Positions 41,540-55,900 of a stretch of DNA of 64,000 bases are shown here, piece after piece. Within the stretch, counting starts at the first letter, position 1. Each line of letters opens with the position of its first letter. Below the pieces are notes generated by a model, which was given only the letters and a program-made list of their open reading frames with translations, made no database searches and had not been told where the DNA came from. The position numbers and the translations under genes are program-made. This DNA comes from Octopus sinensis (lineage: Eukaryota), in assembly GCF_006345805.1 (NCBI RefSeq), contig NC_043004.1:46686001-46750000 (forward strand). The letters run 5' to 3'.

Positions 41540-42700
41540 GGAATCACCGTCGGTGATAAGGTCATAAATCTAGGAGTTTTCAATAACAGATTGGGCTGAA
41601 ATCCGGAGACCTGGAAAGAAGTTTTCGAATAACACGGGGTTGGGAACTGCAAAGATATCGGGCGCTTAAAATCAGCTCGTCATCACCAGAACCATATTGC
41701 AGCAACTTGGATGCAACCTGAAACAACCCGGATGTATCCCGGATCAAAACACTGGCACCTCTAGTGCGTCAACTAGACCAATCTGACGTCATGCACAACA
41801 GAGTGACGCCTAGCACAGAATGCCATACTGGTACTCGCCTCGTCTGTTGCAAACTCAAACCTCACTTCAAGCCCAAACCAAAAAAGAGAAGACCGATCAG
41901 CAGGAAAATAAAAACTAGTAGTCTGCAACTAGACGAAGTGAAAGTAGGCTTTCAGGTTGTTCTACAAGCAAAACTTGATCACCCCAATTGCCCCTCCGAC
42001 CACTCTCCAGAAATCCTATGGGGACAACTGAAAACCACCATCGCACATATCTCTGCAGAAATACTTGTGTTTACGAAGAAAAAGAACAAGGATTGGCTTG
42101 ACGAACACGAGGTACTGATCCAGGAATTACTAAAGAAGAAGAGTTCTGCCCACTAAGCACACCTGGAACAAACATCCTGCCCAGAGAAGAAAGCGGCCTT
42201 TCGCCAAGCCTGAATATTTCTGCAGCGCAAATTTTGTGATGTTCAGAATGAGTGGTGGACTAACACCTCACCAAGAATCCATCAATGGGTAGACACTGGC
42301 GAATATCTCAAGGCTGTTTACGGCCCAACATTTCAAGTCCGCAGTCCCATCCGCAGTGAGGAGATTCTCACAGAAACAACATCCATCCCCATCCGCTGGT
42401 CTGTAGAATTTCAGGCACTGTTAAGTGCAAACCATGTTGTCCAGGAAAATAAAATCCTCTACCTCCGGCAGCAGCCAGTCAGAATAGAACTAGATGAGCC
42501 TCCAACCCCGGAAGAGACCACAGTTGCCATTGGCATGCTGAAGATTAGAAAGGCAGCTGGAGTTGATGGTATACCACAAGAGATATCGAAGCATAGTGGT
42601 TCTGTCCTACATAATATACTCCACGTGATACTCGTTGCATGCCGAGAACATGGTAAGCTGCCACAAGTTCTCCGCGATGCTGTCACTATTACACTGGGGC
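41540..42700 (+). mobile_element. Decayed RTE-clade (BovB-like) LINE: AP endonuclease to start of RT
   Basis: Motifs FNNRLG..WKEV..HGVGNCK, RVTPSTECHTGTRLVCCKLKPHFKPKPK, KKNKDWLDE, KAAGVDGIPQEISKHSG, LRDAVTITL; stops and frameshifts. Confidence 0.85.
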
Positions 42701-43158
42701 AACAGCCTGTTTTCCACTGTAGGAAAGGTTCTAGCAAGATTAATTTTCAGCAAACCTGTTCAAACCGTCGCCGGAAATCATCTCCAAGAAAGCCAATAAG
42801 GTTTCAGAGACACATTTGTTAGATATTTACGGGTGTTAGTTATGTAACGATGGCAATATGGTCGTGTTTTATACGTTTTCATTACCGTATACAACTGAGA
42901 TTAGAAAAGTCATCCTTTTTTAGGATACAACAAGGAAGTTTTCTATTTTTCTCGACATTATATCTTCAGTTCTATTTAATAGCTTTAATAGAATTTTATT
43001 ACTAGACAATGGTAATATTAATATCTACCATTAGATGATATTTCTAATGGTTGAAAATATCAACTACTATTAATAAATAATATGAATAAATATCATCTAT
43101 TAATATTTGCTGGAATACTTCGCAATTTATGTATTTTAGTGAAGCATAAAACCATGTA

Positions 43159-43468
43159 GGAGGCGCAATGGCCCAGTGGTCAGGGTAGCGGACTCGCGGT
43201 TGTAGGATCGTGGTTTCGATTCACAGACCGGGCGTTGTGAGTGTTTATTGAGCGAAAACTCATAAAGCTCCACGAGGCACCGGCAGGGGGTGGTGGCTAT
43301 CCCTGCTGTACTCTTTCGCCACAAATTTCTCTCTTTCTTCTGTTGGCCTGCTCGCTTAGCCAGCGGGGTGGCGTCACTTTAAGGCTAAAACAATGCAAAG
43401 CGCATTGTGACCAGCGATGTGTAGCAACATCTGATAGCCTGGTCGGTCACGGTGATCACGGTGATATA
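43159..43468 (+). mobile_element. tRNA-derived SINE (OR-like head, tail type 2)
   Basis: GGAGGCGCAATGGCCCAGTGGTCAGGG..GGTTTCGATTC A/B boxes. Confidence 0.85.
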
Positions 43469-45342
43469 GTAATGTATTCAGTAACAAAAAAAAGTAAAAT
43501 AAAATGACATGTCCCAAAGAAGATAATCAGTCTTTTGAAACTGTGATTACCGTTAAAATCAAGTTTGACAAATAAAATAGAAATATTCAATAGTTTCATT
43601 ATTCAACTTCCTCGTATCTCCACGTGAGAATCACTTAAAGAGGAGTAAATATATTATATACTAGTAAATACACAGAACGTATGTTTGTAGATTCCCAGGG
43701 TGGTATGATGATGCCTTAATATATAAACATCAGAGTAGCACTACATTAGAGAGTTTCAAAATCCGAAACCATATCGTAGAGTCTCATATAACGTTATCCA
43801 TCCTATATACTGCACAACATGTACATTTAAATCATTTCAACTCAAAATTTAATACTAGTTATATATACTATGATGTTGTCCTAAACTGATTCAAAATAAA
43901 GTAACATCAGCAACATATGTATTGAAAACTGAAAACGAAGATTTAGTAGTTTTCTTTGTAAGAACCATGATGTTTATTAAATACTGTATCAAACCTGAGA
44001 GAATCGTATTAAGTCTACAGGAATCAATATTTGAATAAGAAGACTTAATATATCTCTATAAAACTAAACTCTCTCACTCTCTTTATTATCATATCGAATT
44101 ACTAAGAATTTAAATTAGGAAACAGATTACATAAAAAGAAATGAAAACAAGACAATAATTAAAATAGCTATAAATGAAATTCTCAAGAAACATACGATTT
44201 ATGGATAGCTAAAAATAATCAATAAATATTAAAAGATGACTTGAAATATCGATAATAATTATTAGATATAATTTGATATTCAAATCTGTGAGCTGAATTA
44301 ATATATATTTCCATTTCTCACCATCGTCACGATATATATATAAATGTGTGTGCGCGCGTTTGTGCGTGTGTGTATGTTTGTGTGCTTGTGTGGGTATGTT
44401 TGTGTGAGTGCATGCGTGTGTGTGTACGTGCGTGCTTCGCGTATGTATATGTAAACCTATATAGATATTATAAATATGCATATACATACTTGCACAGACA
44501 CACAGATATATCTTTACATGCATACATCAAAACATACATACATACAAACATACATACATACATACATACATACATATTAATATGCCTATCTTATGAATTT
44601 GATTATCAGCTTTTCGAAATAACTTCCCGACTTATATCAGAAAAAAAACATTAAAAGCATTATTGGGTTACCACACGCATTACCAGACCTATTATACAAC
44701 TTAGATGTGAGTGTGTGTACCTGTGTGGCTGTCTACATGTGTGTGCCTGCGTGTATACGTATACATATATACCGATAAGTATATTCTGATGCATATTTAT
44801 ATGTATATGTATATTTATCTATCTCTTTCTTCCCCTCACTCTATACATGTATGTATTAATTCAGAGAGAGATGAGAAGCTAATACACGATATATCATCAC
44901 CAAAAGCTGTTATATATGAACACAGATGTTAATATTTGCAAGTTTTAGTTTTCACGTTACCAGCGAATATGAACAGAACAAGCTTTGGTTTGAAATCAAA
45001 GCAAGAATTATAAGAAAAACAAAATAGATATGAGTTAAGGGCAAGTCAAAAAAAAAAGGTGCAAAACAGCGACTGCGCCGAGTGATTAAAGTAAAGAGTA
45101 CAAAGATCGTAGTCACGTAGTCAATCGTATTTGTGTAAACGCAACTTTTGAAACACTTTTAAGGCTACAATTTCTGACAGAACGTTACCAACACACTAGA
45201 TAATATGTAAGTCGATAATGAATACTTTTGATGCTTCAGATATGCTGAGATTAGACGACATAATCGGTAGTTTAGTATATTTCTATATCGATATGTAAGC
45301 ACATATATACCGCTCCTTGCGGTGAATTACATATATGTATAT

Positions 45343-45376
<34 letters not shown>

Positions 45377-45409
45377 CATATATATAACACACACACACAC
45401 ACCACACAC

Positions 45410-45474
<65 letters not shown>

Positions 45475-45489
45475 TATATATATATTAGT

Positions 45490-45704
45490 GGAGGTGCAAT
45501 GGCCCAGTGGTTAGGGCAGCGGACTCGCGGTCAGAGGATCGCGGTTTCGATTCCCAGACGGGCTTTGTGAGTTTATTGTTGAGCGAAAACACCTAAACCT
45601 CCACGAGGCTCCGGCAGGGATGGTGGCGATCCCTGCTGTACTCTTTCACCACAACTTCCGGATAAACCGGATCCCTCGTCGTCGTAACCGACGGAGTGCT
45701 TCCA
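45490..45704 (+). mobile_element. tRNA-derived SINE (OR-like head, tail type 3)
   Basis: Same head as 43159 but ends ccctcgtcgtcgtaaccgacggagtgcttcca; sits between (TA)n tracts. Confidence 0.85.
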
Positions 45705-45745
<41 letters not shown>

Positions 45746-46491
45746 TGTGTGTGTGTATGTGTGTGTGCAAAGGTCTGGTAGGGGAGTAACATGACTATCT
45801 TAAATTATGCAAATTGGTTATTTTCCATTATCTTTGATTGCATGGATCTTTTTGCACTTTTAAAACTTCATACACATCTGTATATATTTGTATGGGTTGA
45901 CGTTGTTTGTTGAAACGATAGTCATATATAAAAATGTACACAAATAGATCAATTCAAACTGAATTTGCAATTTAATTAAAATCATGTAAATTAGTTACCG
46001 CACATAATGCTCAGTGTAAAGATATGTACTATTGTATAGTAAAATGTATACAGTTTCAACCACTGGCGTAAATGATTATATTAGATTTTAACCATTTTAA
46101 CTGTAGGCTGTACTGTTCGAAACTCGATTTGTAATTGCGGTTAGCAGAACATCGCCGTTTTATTTATTTGTCGAGTGATAAATGATGAAATCATCTGGAG
46201 CGATATTTAAGGTCACCATGTTAACATATACAAATTTATGCTGCAAGAAATCGTCAAATTATTGGTAAGCATAAGTTATGAACTGAGAATGAGAAAGATG
46301 TGGTTAATTGTGACAAAAGAGAATTTAATATAAAATGTGCATTGTTAGTAAATATTTGGGTAACAAAATAGGGAAATATAGAATACACTTGGGATTCATT
46401 TATTTCTCAAAACAGCCGCCCGAAGATAACTCAGTACACATATGCTTAATGTAATTAAAAGAAACTTGTACACGTAAGTACAATATATATG

Positions 46492-46543
<52 letters not shown>

Positions 46544-46546
<3 letters not shown>

Positions 46547-47768
46547 AGACAGACAAACAAACAAATAATGAACACTGTTCCGTGATGGTAGGATCAACCA
46601 AAGACTAGTCCATGTGATGAGACATTAATATTATTTAATAAACGCAATATGACTTGTAACGAGCTTACAATTAGTTTCATGCAACGAAGAACTACTCTGA
46701 CAGCATTTTCTAGCACGACTGGTGTCTACACGTAAACCTGAGGCTGTGCCCAAATGGCATAACACGCTAAAAAGAGGTCGTTAGTATAACAGGATAAAGG
46801 AAAAAAGACGAGGAGAAAGTACACGTAAAAGGTGGAAGGTTGAAAAACCGGAAAAGTAAAAAGAAAACAGAAAAATACAAGAGGAGGATAAGTAGAGTTG
46901 TATCCCCGTTCACCGTAAAGTCATAACGTTGAAAGGATAGCGGCCTAGTGTCTGAAGAACCCTTTCTCAATCCGGAGGAGGTGGTAGTTTCCAATTCATC
47001 AACAGGAACTTTTCTATATGATTACAACTGTTGAAAATTACAGTTTTGGAATTCAACAGTGCCGTAGAGTTCTTAGATGGGAAAAGGATCCCTGTTGTTT
47101 CAAATACGAATACATTATTTTGATCCGTTTACATATGGCGTGTGCGTTCGGGCTTGTGGGTTGTTGGGTGTTCCAGTGTATCAGTGAATTTGTGTATACG
47201 TGTAGATATGTTAAATGCATTATTGATGTACAGGTATGTCAGCCTTCGAGAATAATTTAGAAAATCCCGAGAAGAAATAAAAGATACTGTGACATATCAA
47301 TTACCCCAAATTTTGATCCAGTTTTCACGCAAATAAATTTGAGCTAGCTGTAAGTTTGTCAAAAGTCCGTTTTCATTTTATGTCCCTTAAGTGCGATTTG
47401 TGTGGTAAATTTTAGCTGTGGGCATTGTGGAAGTTGAGACTGACGGAGGTAGGTGGGAAACTATAAATCTGAAAGTTATACATTCAGCATACAAGACGAA
47501 AATAGGGGACATGCCAATACGGAAAAGTGAAAAAATTAGAGATTTGGTTGTATTTAGTAAATGGAACGATTCAGGGTTCTGCTGCGGAAATGCTATAAGC
47601 ATATTTGTTTTGGTATTATTAAACTCCATTTCTCTTAGTAGCTGACTTTACATTCTAAAAAATTCGTAGCATCGACTACAGTTTAAGGCGCCCTCTAATA
47701 CTTGCGATTATACAGCTTGCTTTGATAAACAATGTCTGTACCACTCTGTTCCAAATTTACTAAGGCAT

Positions 47769-47806
<38 letters not shown>

Positions 47807-49039
47807 ATATAGAAAGACAGACAAACAAACAAATAATGAACACTGTTCCGTGATGGTAGGATCAACCAAAGACTAGTCCATGTGATGAGACATTAATATT
47901 ATTTAATAAACGCAATATGACTTGTAACGAGCTTACAATTAGTTTCATGCAACGAAGAACTACTCTGACAGCATTTTCTAGCACGACTGGTGTCTACACG
48001 TAAACCTGAGGCTGTGCCCAAATGGCATAACACGCTAAAAAGAGGTCGTTAGTATAACAGGATAAAGGGGAAAAAGACGAGGAGAAAGTACACGTAAAAG
48101 GTGGAAGGTTGAAAAACCGGAAAAGTAAAAAGAAAACAGAAAAATACAAGAGGAGGATAAGTAGAGTTGTATCCCCGTTCACCGTAAAGTCATAACGTTG
48201 AAAGGATAGCGGCCTAGTGTCTGAAGAACCCTTTCTCAATCCGGAGGAGGTGGTAGTTTCCAATTCATCAACAGGAACTTTTCTATATGATTACAACTGT
48301 TGAAAATTACAGTTTTGGAATTCAACAGTGCCGTAGAGTTCTTAGATGGGAAAAGGATCCCTGTTGTTTCAAATACGAATACATTATTTTGATCCGTTTA
48401 CATATGGCGTGTGCGTTCGGGCTTGTGGGTTGTTGGGTGTTCCAGTGTATCAGTGAATTTGTGTATACGTGTAGATATGTTAAATGCATTATTGATGTAC
48501 AGGTATGTCAGCCTTCGAGAATAATTTAGAAAATCCCGAGAAGAAATAAAAGATACTGTGACATATCAATTACCCCAAATTTTGATCCAGTTTTCACGCA
48601 AATAAATTTGAGCTAGCTGTAAGTTTGTCAAAAGTCCGTTTTCATTTTATGTCCCTTAAGTGCGATTTGTGTGGTAAATTTTAGCTGTGGGCATTGTGGA
48701 AGTTGAGACTGACGGAGGTAGGTGGGAAACTATAAATCTGAAAGTTATACATTCAGCATACAAGACGAAAATAGGGGACATGCCAATACGGAAAAGTGAA
48801 AAAATTAGAGATTTGGTTGTATTTAGTAAATGGAACGATTCAGGGTTCTGCTGCGGAAATGCTATAAGCATATTTGTTTTGGTATTATTAAACTCCATTT
48901 CTCTTAGTAGCTGACTTTACATTCTAAAAAATTCGTAGCATCGACTACAGTTTAAGGCGCCCTCTAATACTTGCGATTATACAGCTTGCTTTGATAAACA
49001 ATGTCTGTACCACTCTGTTCCAAATTTACTAAGGCATTA
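46544..49039. repeat. Tandem duplication: two ~1.23-kb units (46544-47770, 47812-49039) separated and flanked by (TA)n
   Basis: ORF-track peptides recur at +1269; the only difference I spotted is GGAAAAAA vs GGGGAAAAA. Confidence 0.95.
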
Positions 49040-49097
49040 TATATATATATATAGATATATATATATATAATATATATATATATATTATATATATATG

Positions 49098-49177
<80 letters not shown>

Positions 49178-49242
49178 AAATATATATATATATAATATAT
49201 ATATATATAATATATATATATATATTATATATATATATATAT

Positions 49243-49276
<34 letters not shown>

Positions 49277-49322
49277 CATATATATATACATATATACATA
49301 CAAATACACACACATGTATAAG

Positions 49323-49354
<32 letters not shown>

Positions 49355-49757
49355 GTGTATATATCTATATATATGTACATATATACATATATAGATAGAT
49401 TATGTACATACGTAATACATAAATACATATATGCATACAAACATACGTACATACATACATGCTATATATAATGTAAACGTGCGTTCATCTATGTATATGT
49501 ATGTATCTATGTATATATTTATTAGTGTATGTTTGTACGCATACGTGTATTTAGTATCTGCTAGTAATGAGATTTATTCGTCTACTGATAAAATTCATCA
49601 AATTTTTATACGCAAATATATTTCTACATATATATCTATATGTACATCATAATTCGGTGGTAGACACATTAATTTCTAAACAGTTTTCACGTATTAATCA
49701 CTAAAATCAAATTTATAATGTTGTAATCCTTTTCTAAGCTAGCAATAATAGCGACAA

Positions 49758-49779
49758 TAATGTGAAATAATAATAACAA

Positions 49780-49827
<48 letters not shown>

Positions 49828-50167
49828 AGCTGCTGCTGCTGCTACTACTATTACTACTACTACTACTACTACCACTACTACTACTAATAATAATAATAAT
49901 AGTAATAATAATAATAACAATAATAACAATAATAGTAATAATAATAATAGCAATAATAATAATAATAGTAATGATAATAGTAATAACAATAGTAATAATA
50001 ATAATAGTAATAATAATAATAATGATAATAATAGTAATAATAATAATAGTAGTAATAACAATAATAATAATAATGTTGATAATAATAATAATAATGATGA
50101 TGATGATGATGATGATGATAATAATAACGATAATGATAATACTGATAATAACAATAATAATAATAAC

Positions 50168-50210
<43 letters not shown>

Positions 50211-50345
50211 TTTTTGGTATTATTTATTATTATTATCCTTTTTACCGAGGAGGAGTAAGATGATGATACTGATTATGATGACCATCATGAGCAGCATTAT
50301 CATCATCAGTAGCTACAGCAGCAGCAGCAGTAGAACGTGGAACAG
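49758..50345. repeat. Compound AAT/ACT/GCT/GAT microsatellite
   Basis: Directly visible. Confidence 0.95.
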
Positions 50346-51599
50346 CGTTCTGAGCAGCAGCAGCGACTGTAGATAAAACAGGAACATTAATTCCGAAGAT
50401 AATGATATAAAGATACCCATATTCTCCGATTTTCGCAATATCATGTAAATTTTTATAATGTATTCATATGGTTGCGATGTATTCATAACGAATATTTACT
50501 TCTGGAATGTATTTTTCAGAGATTCGGGGAAAATGTTTTACAGAAAAATAAACGGAAGGCAAATCTGGAATTAATGAGTATATCATTGTAGAATATATTA
50601 TAACACTGTGTAAGACAATTTTTGTCTTTGGGTAGCAACTGGTGTTTTCTATTTGCTTACGGCTAGAAATTATGAGCATTGTGTAATATTTCCTTCACAC
50701 TTTACTTTTGTTCCAATTATTCAACTCCAAATAATCGCTCTCGACACATAGCTATGATGTTCCTCCACTGCTCCTACCGACGAGCAGAGATATCCTTCAT
50801 GTATAACAACTAAGGGCGTGCTCAAGTCATTAAGGTCAAGCAACCGACAAGCAAATCTGTGGTATTGAGTAGAATATTGACTAAAACATTATTTATTCTT
50901 TAACATCTCAGCGGTGAATTTGTTTCAAATGTAAGGGAAAACAGTCCAGCTTCGAAATATTGATGTCCAGGTCACAAAAATAAATTTTGAAAAGAACGGT
51001 AGTCTTCTCTTTGCAATAGGAAATAACAGACACTTGAACAAAAGCTAGAATAAAATTAGAATTGTGTTAGATAGAGTGATTATTAGCTGCAGAAATGTAT
51101 ATCAAAGATATGGAGATCTGTTTAGCACCATTGCTTTTTTAAGGCCTATTGATGTAATACCTAATTCACAATGAAAATTGTTATGATGTTGATCTTTGTT
51201 TACTTGCATGTTATTGTCAGCACTAATATTTTTGTCTCCTCTATTATGTTGTTGGGGTATTTCACGTCTTATTATATTTGATTCGTATATCGTGCTATCG
51301 ATGATTGCCCCGCATGACGATGACTTTGAAACGTCTACCTTGACGGTAGTCGAGCTCGAATATATCACGTAACTTACACTGACTCCAAACTGAGTACTCG
51401 TACTACGACCCTACTACTACCGACAGGTTTGTAATAACAGCTGACAGACTGGCTTTGGAATGGATGTGTTATACCACTTATCACTTGGGAAGGAGTGTAA
51501 TATATCACTACAACATCCCCCATTTAGTTGTTCCTCTTTGAAAAGCAAGTAATTTTATTTTACTTTATTCACCCACCATCCCTTTTTGGTGTTTTTTCA

Positions 51600-51990
51600 A
51601 CTTAATATCTTTTCTTTTTGGCGTTTAATTCTAAGAACTCTATGTTTGTCAAGGTGCCGGTACCTGGAATCTGTCATATAGCCATACCGTATGTCTTCCA
51701 ATCGGTCTGCTTCATTTTCAATGAATCTCTTTATTTTTTTTGTGTCTTTTTTCAATACCTTTTTTGCTTTTTACCCCGTACATCATTTTCCCTATGTACA
51801 TTATAGTCTCGTCTTCTTTCCAGTACAATTTTCCGTTTTTTTATGGCCTCATGTACACTTTATCACCAATTTTGAAAAATTTTAACATGCTTTTCCTGGC
51901 ACTTTTCTTTCCTCACCAGGTCACCGTTTATCAAAAATTGATTTCACCTTCATCGCGAACATCAGTTCTGCTGGTTCAAAGTCACGCTGA
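51600..51990 (-). mobile_element. Gypsy LTR-retrotransposon integrase C-terminal fragment
   Basis: Minus strand: PAELMFAMKVKSIFDK ... FKIGDKVYMR..NGKLYWK..IGKMMYGVK..KRH. Confidence 0.7.
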
Positions 51991-51994
51991 TTAC

Positions 51995-54900
51995 TAGGGT
52001 GGAGTGAAACATGCAACTTTCGAAATAGGTAAACGAGAATCAATATTTTGTTGTAAATTAAAGTTCCAAGAAAGCTCTATAAAGAAATTTGCGGTTAAAT
52101 ACTATTTTCCGGCTCCGCAACGCAATTGAAGATTTTAAAAATCGCTATTTTGTGTCGAGTTTAGGATTTCATGGATAATAATTAGTAAGAAATAAATATT
52201 TCTACATAGCAGAATGCAAAACAGTAAATATAGCATCCTTAGAAGATGGCATACTAAGGTTAAATGCAATTGACTAAAATCTGAAAGTTCCGCATTGGAT
52301 ATGAAGAAAACGGGTTATGAACTTTTCTCCAGTGCCGCTGCAACGGTCGTTGCGTGTGGACGTACGTGGTACATGTATGAAGTTTTTTACTTTGTCTCTT
52401 GACATTAGGCTGTTGTATTAAAATTAATGATCGTGTTAAATTTTGTGTTCTTTACATTTAGTGATGACACATAGCCTAATAACGCGTCATGATACTGAAT
52501 GCCCAATATTTGGTACTCCATGTGATCTTAGCGAGCGAGTTTTGCCAACTTACAAGGACTTGCTAAAATGTGTTTTATTTCAACGAGAAAAGAAAAGAAT
52601 GTAGTTAACAAAAATCTTTCAATTAAACAAATTACCAAGATTGTAGCAGAAAAGATAATTCCCCTCTGGCAAAAGACATCCATCCCCTGTGTTACAATAG
52701 AGTCAATTTAACCTAAAATCCTAAATATTTATCTAAAGTACCAAGCATTACTAAAATCTGTCAAAAATAGAAAAAAATATGCCATCGTTTCAAACTATGA
52801 GTAATGTGTTTAAAAGCAATGGAACAAAAGATTTATTTCCTGTTACAAACGCAACTTCTCTCAAACCTGCAGTTGTATTAAAGATTTTAAAAAGTACCAC
52901 AGTAAGAACAAGATTTTTTAGAGGATCAACGGGCAAAGCAAGCAATATCTAAACAGAACGTTCTGATGTTGATTAGAAAGAATCAGCCAGAACACAGTCG
53001 CCCTTCTATGTCAGCAAGGGATTCTGAATTGATAGAGTTTTCATTAGGGAGTGAATCTGGAAATAGATCAGCAGGCGAATATGAAGTTTTTCCAATTCCA
53101 TTTTCCATGAAGCGAAAAGATGTCAGCAAAAACGTAGGTTCAAAACACCATTAAACGAAAAAATATGCATAACTAGCTTCTGCCTCTGACCGCACCGTTT
53201 TGTCAGACCGTACGGCTGCTCTTCTTACAAGTTCGTTCAAGTATATCTGCTGAATGATCTTTCATCATAGGCAGATCGAAGGTAAGGCGGAAACGATCCA
53301 TAAAATGTAAATCCATGCAGCAGGAATGTAGGCCACACAAACCATTGTCTACTGCCGTGTATTTTGATGGAAGGAGGGACACAACCCTCATAAGTGAAGA
53401 AATGGAAAAAAATTCGTAATACATTTCATTGATAGAAGAACCTGAGTCCTGCTAACTTGGGCACTTCGCTGTTAAAACGGGTTCTGCAAAAGCCATTTCC
53501 GATGGTTTGTTGAATTATTTGGAGACCAATGTGATAGTAACCAATCACATGATAGCTGTAGGTTGCGATGGTACTGCAGTCAATACAGGACCTAAAGGAG
53601 GCACCGTTAGACGTTTGGAGGATACATTGAAGAAGCCATTGCATTGGTTTGTGTGTCAGCTCCGCGCAAATGTGCTTCCCTTACGACATCATATTAACGA
53701 TCAACGGAAAAACTGCCGATTGGTAAGAGACTGGAATGAAGTGAAACACTAAGTGTTGTGATATTTAATGAGATTCCAACGGACTTACCATCAGTAGACA
53801 GATCATCACTGATCAAAAATACATACTTGATATACACCAGTCTATTACTGAAGGGAAATAGTCATCTGAAAGTGCATTGAGGAATCCCGTTAAAATTACG
53901 CATTTCCGATGGCATACAACTGCACATCGTATGCAACTGCCGAAATAGGTAAACAAGAATCGATATTTCGTTGTAAATTAAAGTTACAAGAAAGCTGTAT
54001 AAAGGACTTTGAGGTTAAATATTATTTTCCTGCTCCGCAACGCAATTGGAGATTTTAAAAATCGCTATTTTGTGTCGAGTTTTGGATTTCATGGATAATA
54101 TGTAGCAAGAAGTAAATATTTCTACATAGCAGAATGCAAAACAGTAAATATAGCTTCCTTAGAAGATGGCATACTTAGTTTTAGCTACGGTTGTAGTTTG
54201 CCACCGAGAATCCTTCTAACACTATGAAATTAATTGTTGATTACACAATAAAAGTTTATGTGCCAATGTGGTTCACAATTAAAGCAACTTTTCTTGGGAA
54301 AAGTGGGCTCTAAATGTGTTCAAGACGATTGAGTCTTCGTGAGAAATGGACCAAGCGGTACAAGACATTTTATTTCCAACGGAATGCTTTCTTCGCACAC
54401 CTACAAAATATTTTCCTGGCCATGATAAATGAGGAACTGAACCACATTCGAGAACTACCATGGAGGCGCATAAAGCAGGTTCGAAGACAGTATAAATGGA
54501 AATATGTGCAACCTTTCAAAATTCGTACCCTAAACTTTGCTGTTTCAAGCTACATGGACATAATGGCAAGACACAATTGTTACTGAAACATCTCTAACAC
54601 AAGTATTTTACGCGATGAATAAATCGATACCTTAATTTAAAAGCGACATTTGATGCAAATGGAAAAATTACCGTGCCACACCCAAGCTGTGGAGAGATGT
54701 GTAGAACTCGTGGCAGAAGCATCATCTAATATTTGTGGTGAAAACAGTTGAGACGGTTTCAATAGGAATCGAATCTTATCAAGAGAAAAAGTTCCGGTGT
54801 TCGAGACAAAAAAAGGAATTCAAATTGAATGGTAATACATTAATAATCAATTAGAATTATTTAGTTTTAGCTATTTTGAAAATAAAAAAAAAACAATCAG

Positions 54901-55900
54901 CACTTTGTCTTTTAAGGAATTTCTAAAGCAACAAATCTTTGACTGTTCCATTCTTTATTTCAGAGTGAGATGCTAATTCTCGTCTACTAAAAAATTAATT
55001 GGCTTTATTACTTGAACGAAAAGGAATGAATGCACTACAACAATTCGTATTATTTAGTTACAATTTAGTTCCAATTTTAGTTGATTTTAGTTTTTTCATT
55101 ATTTTAGGTTCAATTTTGAATAAATTAGAACTGTTAATTATTTTTTATCACCAAAATGTGTCAAGAATCAAAGATTGGTTTACATGTAATTTTGTTCTAC
55201 TGTGTGTGTAATCTAGACCTCATGTAACACATATATTCAGTGACCTGGTATTAAGAATAATAAAGAAAACAAAGACTATTTATGTCTATTTATTTCACGT
55301 AATTTCGTAATTTCAAGTGGGTTGCGGATCTTGAAGATACAAACATTAGAGTTTGATATTTTAACACGCTTGTTTGTAACAAATTTAGCAAAAGGGGTCT
55401 TTTCGGTTTGAACGGCAGTTTTTTTCTAGCGGTGTCATATGAAATTGTCATCCATAATTATGACTCTTGTATCGATCTATTGCATTTCAATCTGTTTTAG
55501 GGTTAGGGTTAGGGGTGGAGAGAAGGGTAGCTTTTTTCTTCACAAATGTAAATAAACCCAATCTGTTTCTTAAACGAGGGACATATTCATACGGCACAGA
55601 ATTTTTTTTACCTCACTAGACGTCATTGATTGGTTGAAATTGCAGAAATTGAAGAATAAAAACAACAAATATCTTACAAACTATAGAATTATCTTAATAA
55701 AGCCAAGAGAAAAAGATGTATTATAAATACATTCTACCAGTATACGAAGTTTAAAATTTTTTTAGTTACCTAGAAATTATGTTAAAAACTGCCGTTCAAA
55801 CCGAAAAGATCCAGTAAAAGAATATCGATTCGTACCAATAAATGTAAAAAATAAAATGAGGAACGGCAAACGTGGTATAAATTGATCTTTCGCTCATTAT
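51995..55900 (+). mobile_element. Degenerate hAT-superfamily (hATm-like) transposon; right end not resolved
   Basis: Left end TAGGGTG; motifs YFDGRRDT, AVGCDGTAVNTG..LHWFVCQLRANVLPLRH, RWHTTAHR, QRNAFFAH, LPCHTQAVERCVELVAEAS. Subgroup assignment from recall. Confidence 0.8.
55395..55812. mobile_element. 418-bp MITE, second copy of the 27667 family in opposite orientation
   Basis: Same TIRs; TSD AGCAAAAG (55387-55394) / AGTAAAAG (55813-55820); internal TTAGGG x3. Confidence 0.9.

Noticed and set aside
43159-43235. tRNA genes at SINE heads (also 45490, 34075, 13920, 16571, 62883)
   Set aside because: A/B boxes are present but continue into SINE bodies; no complete cloverleaf evident
46767-47645. 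ORFs inside the duplicated unit
   Set aside because: Short, on both strands and unrecognised; they repeat only because the DNA is duplicated
51102-51368. 88-aa minus-strand ORF that looks like a low-complexity protein tail
   Set aside because: No recognisable motif, upstream in-frame stop and no convincing acceptor
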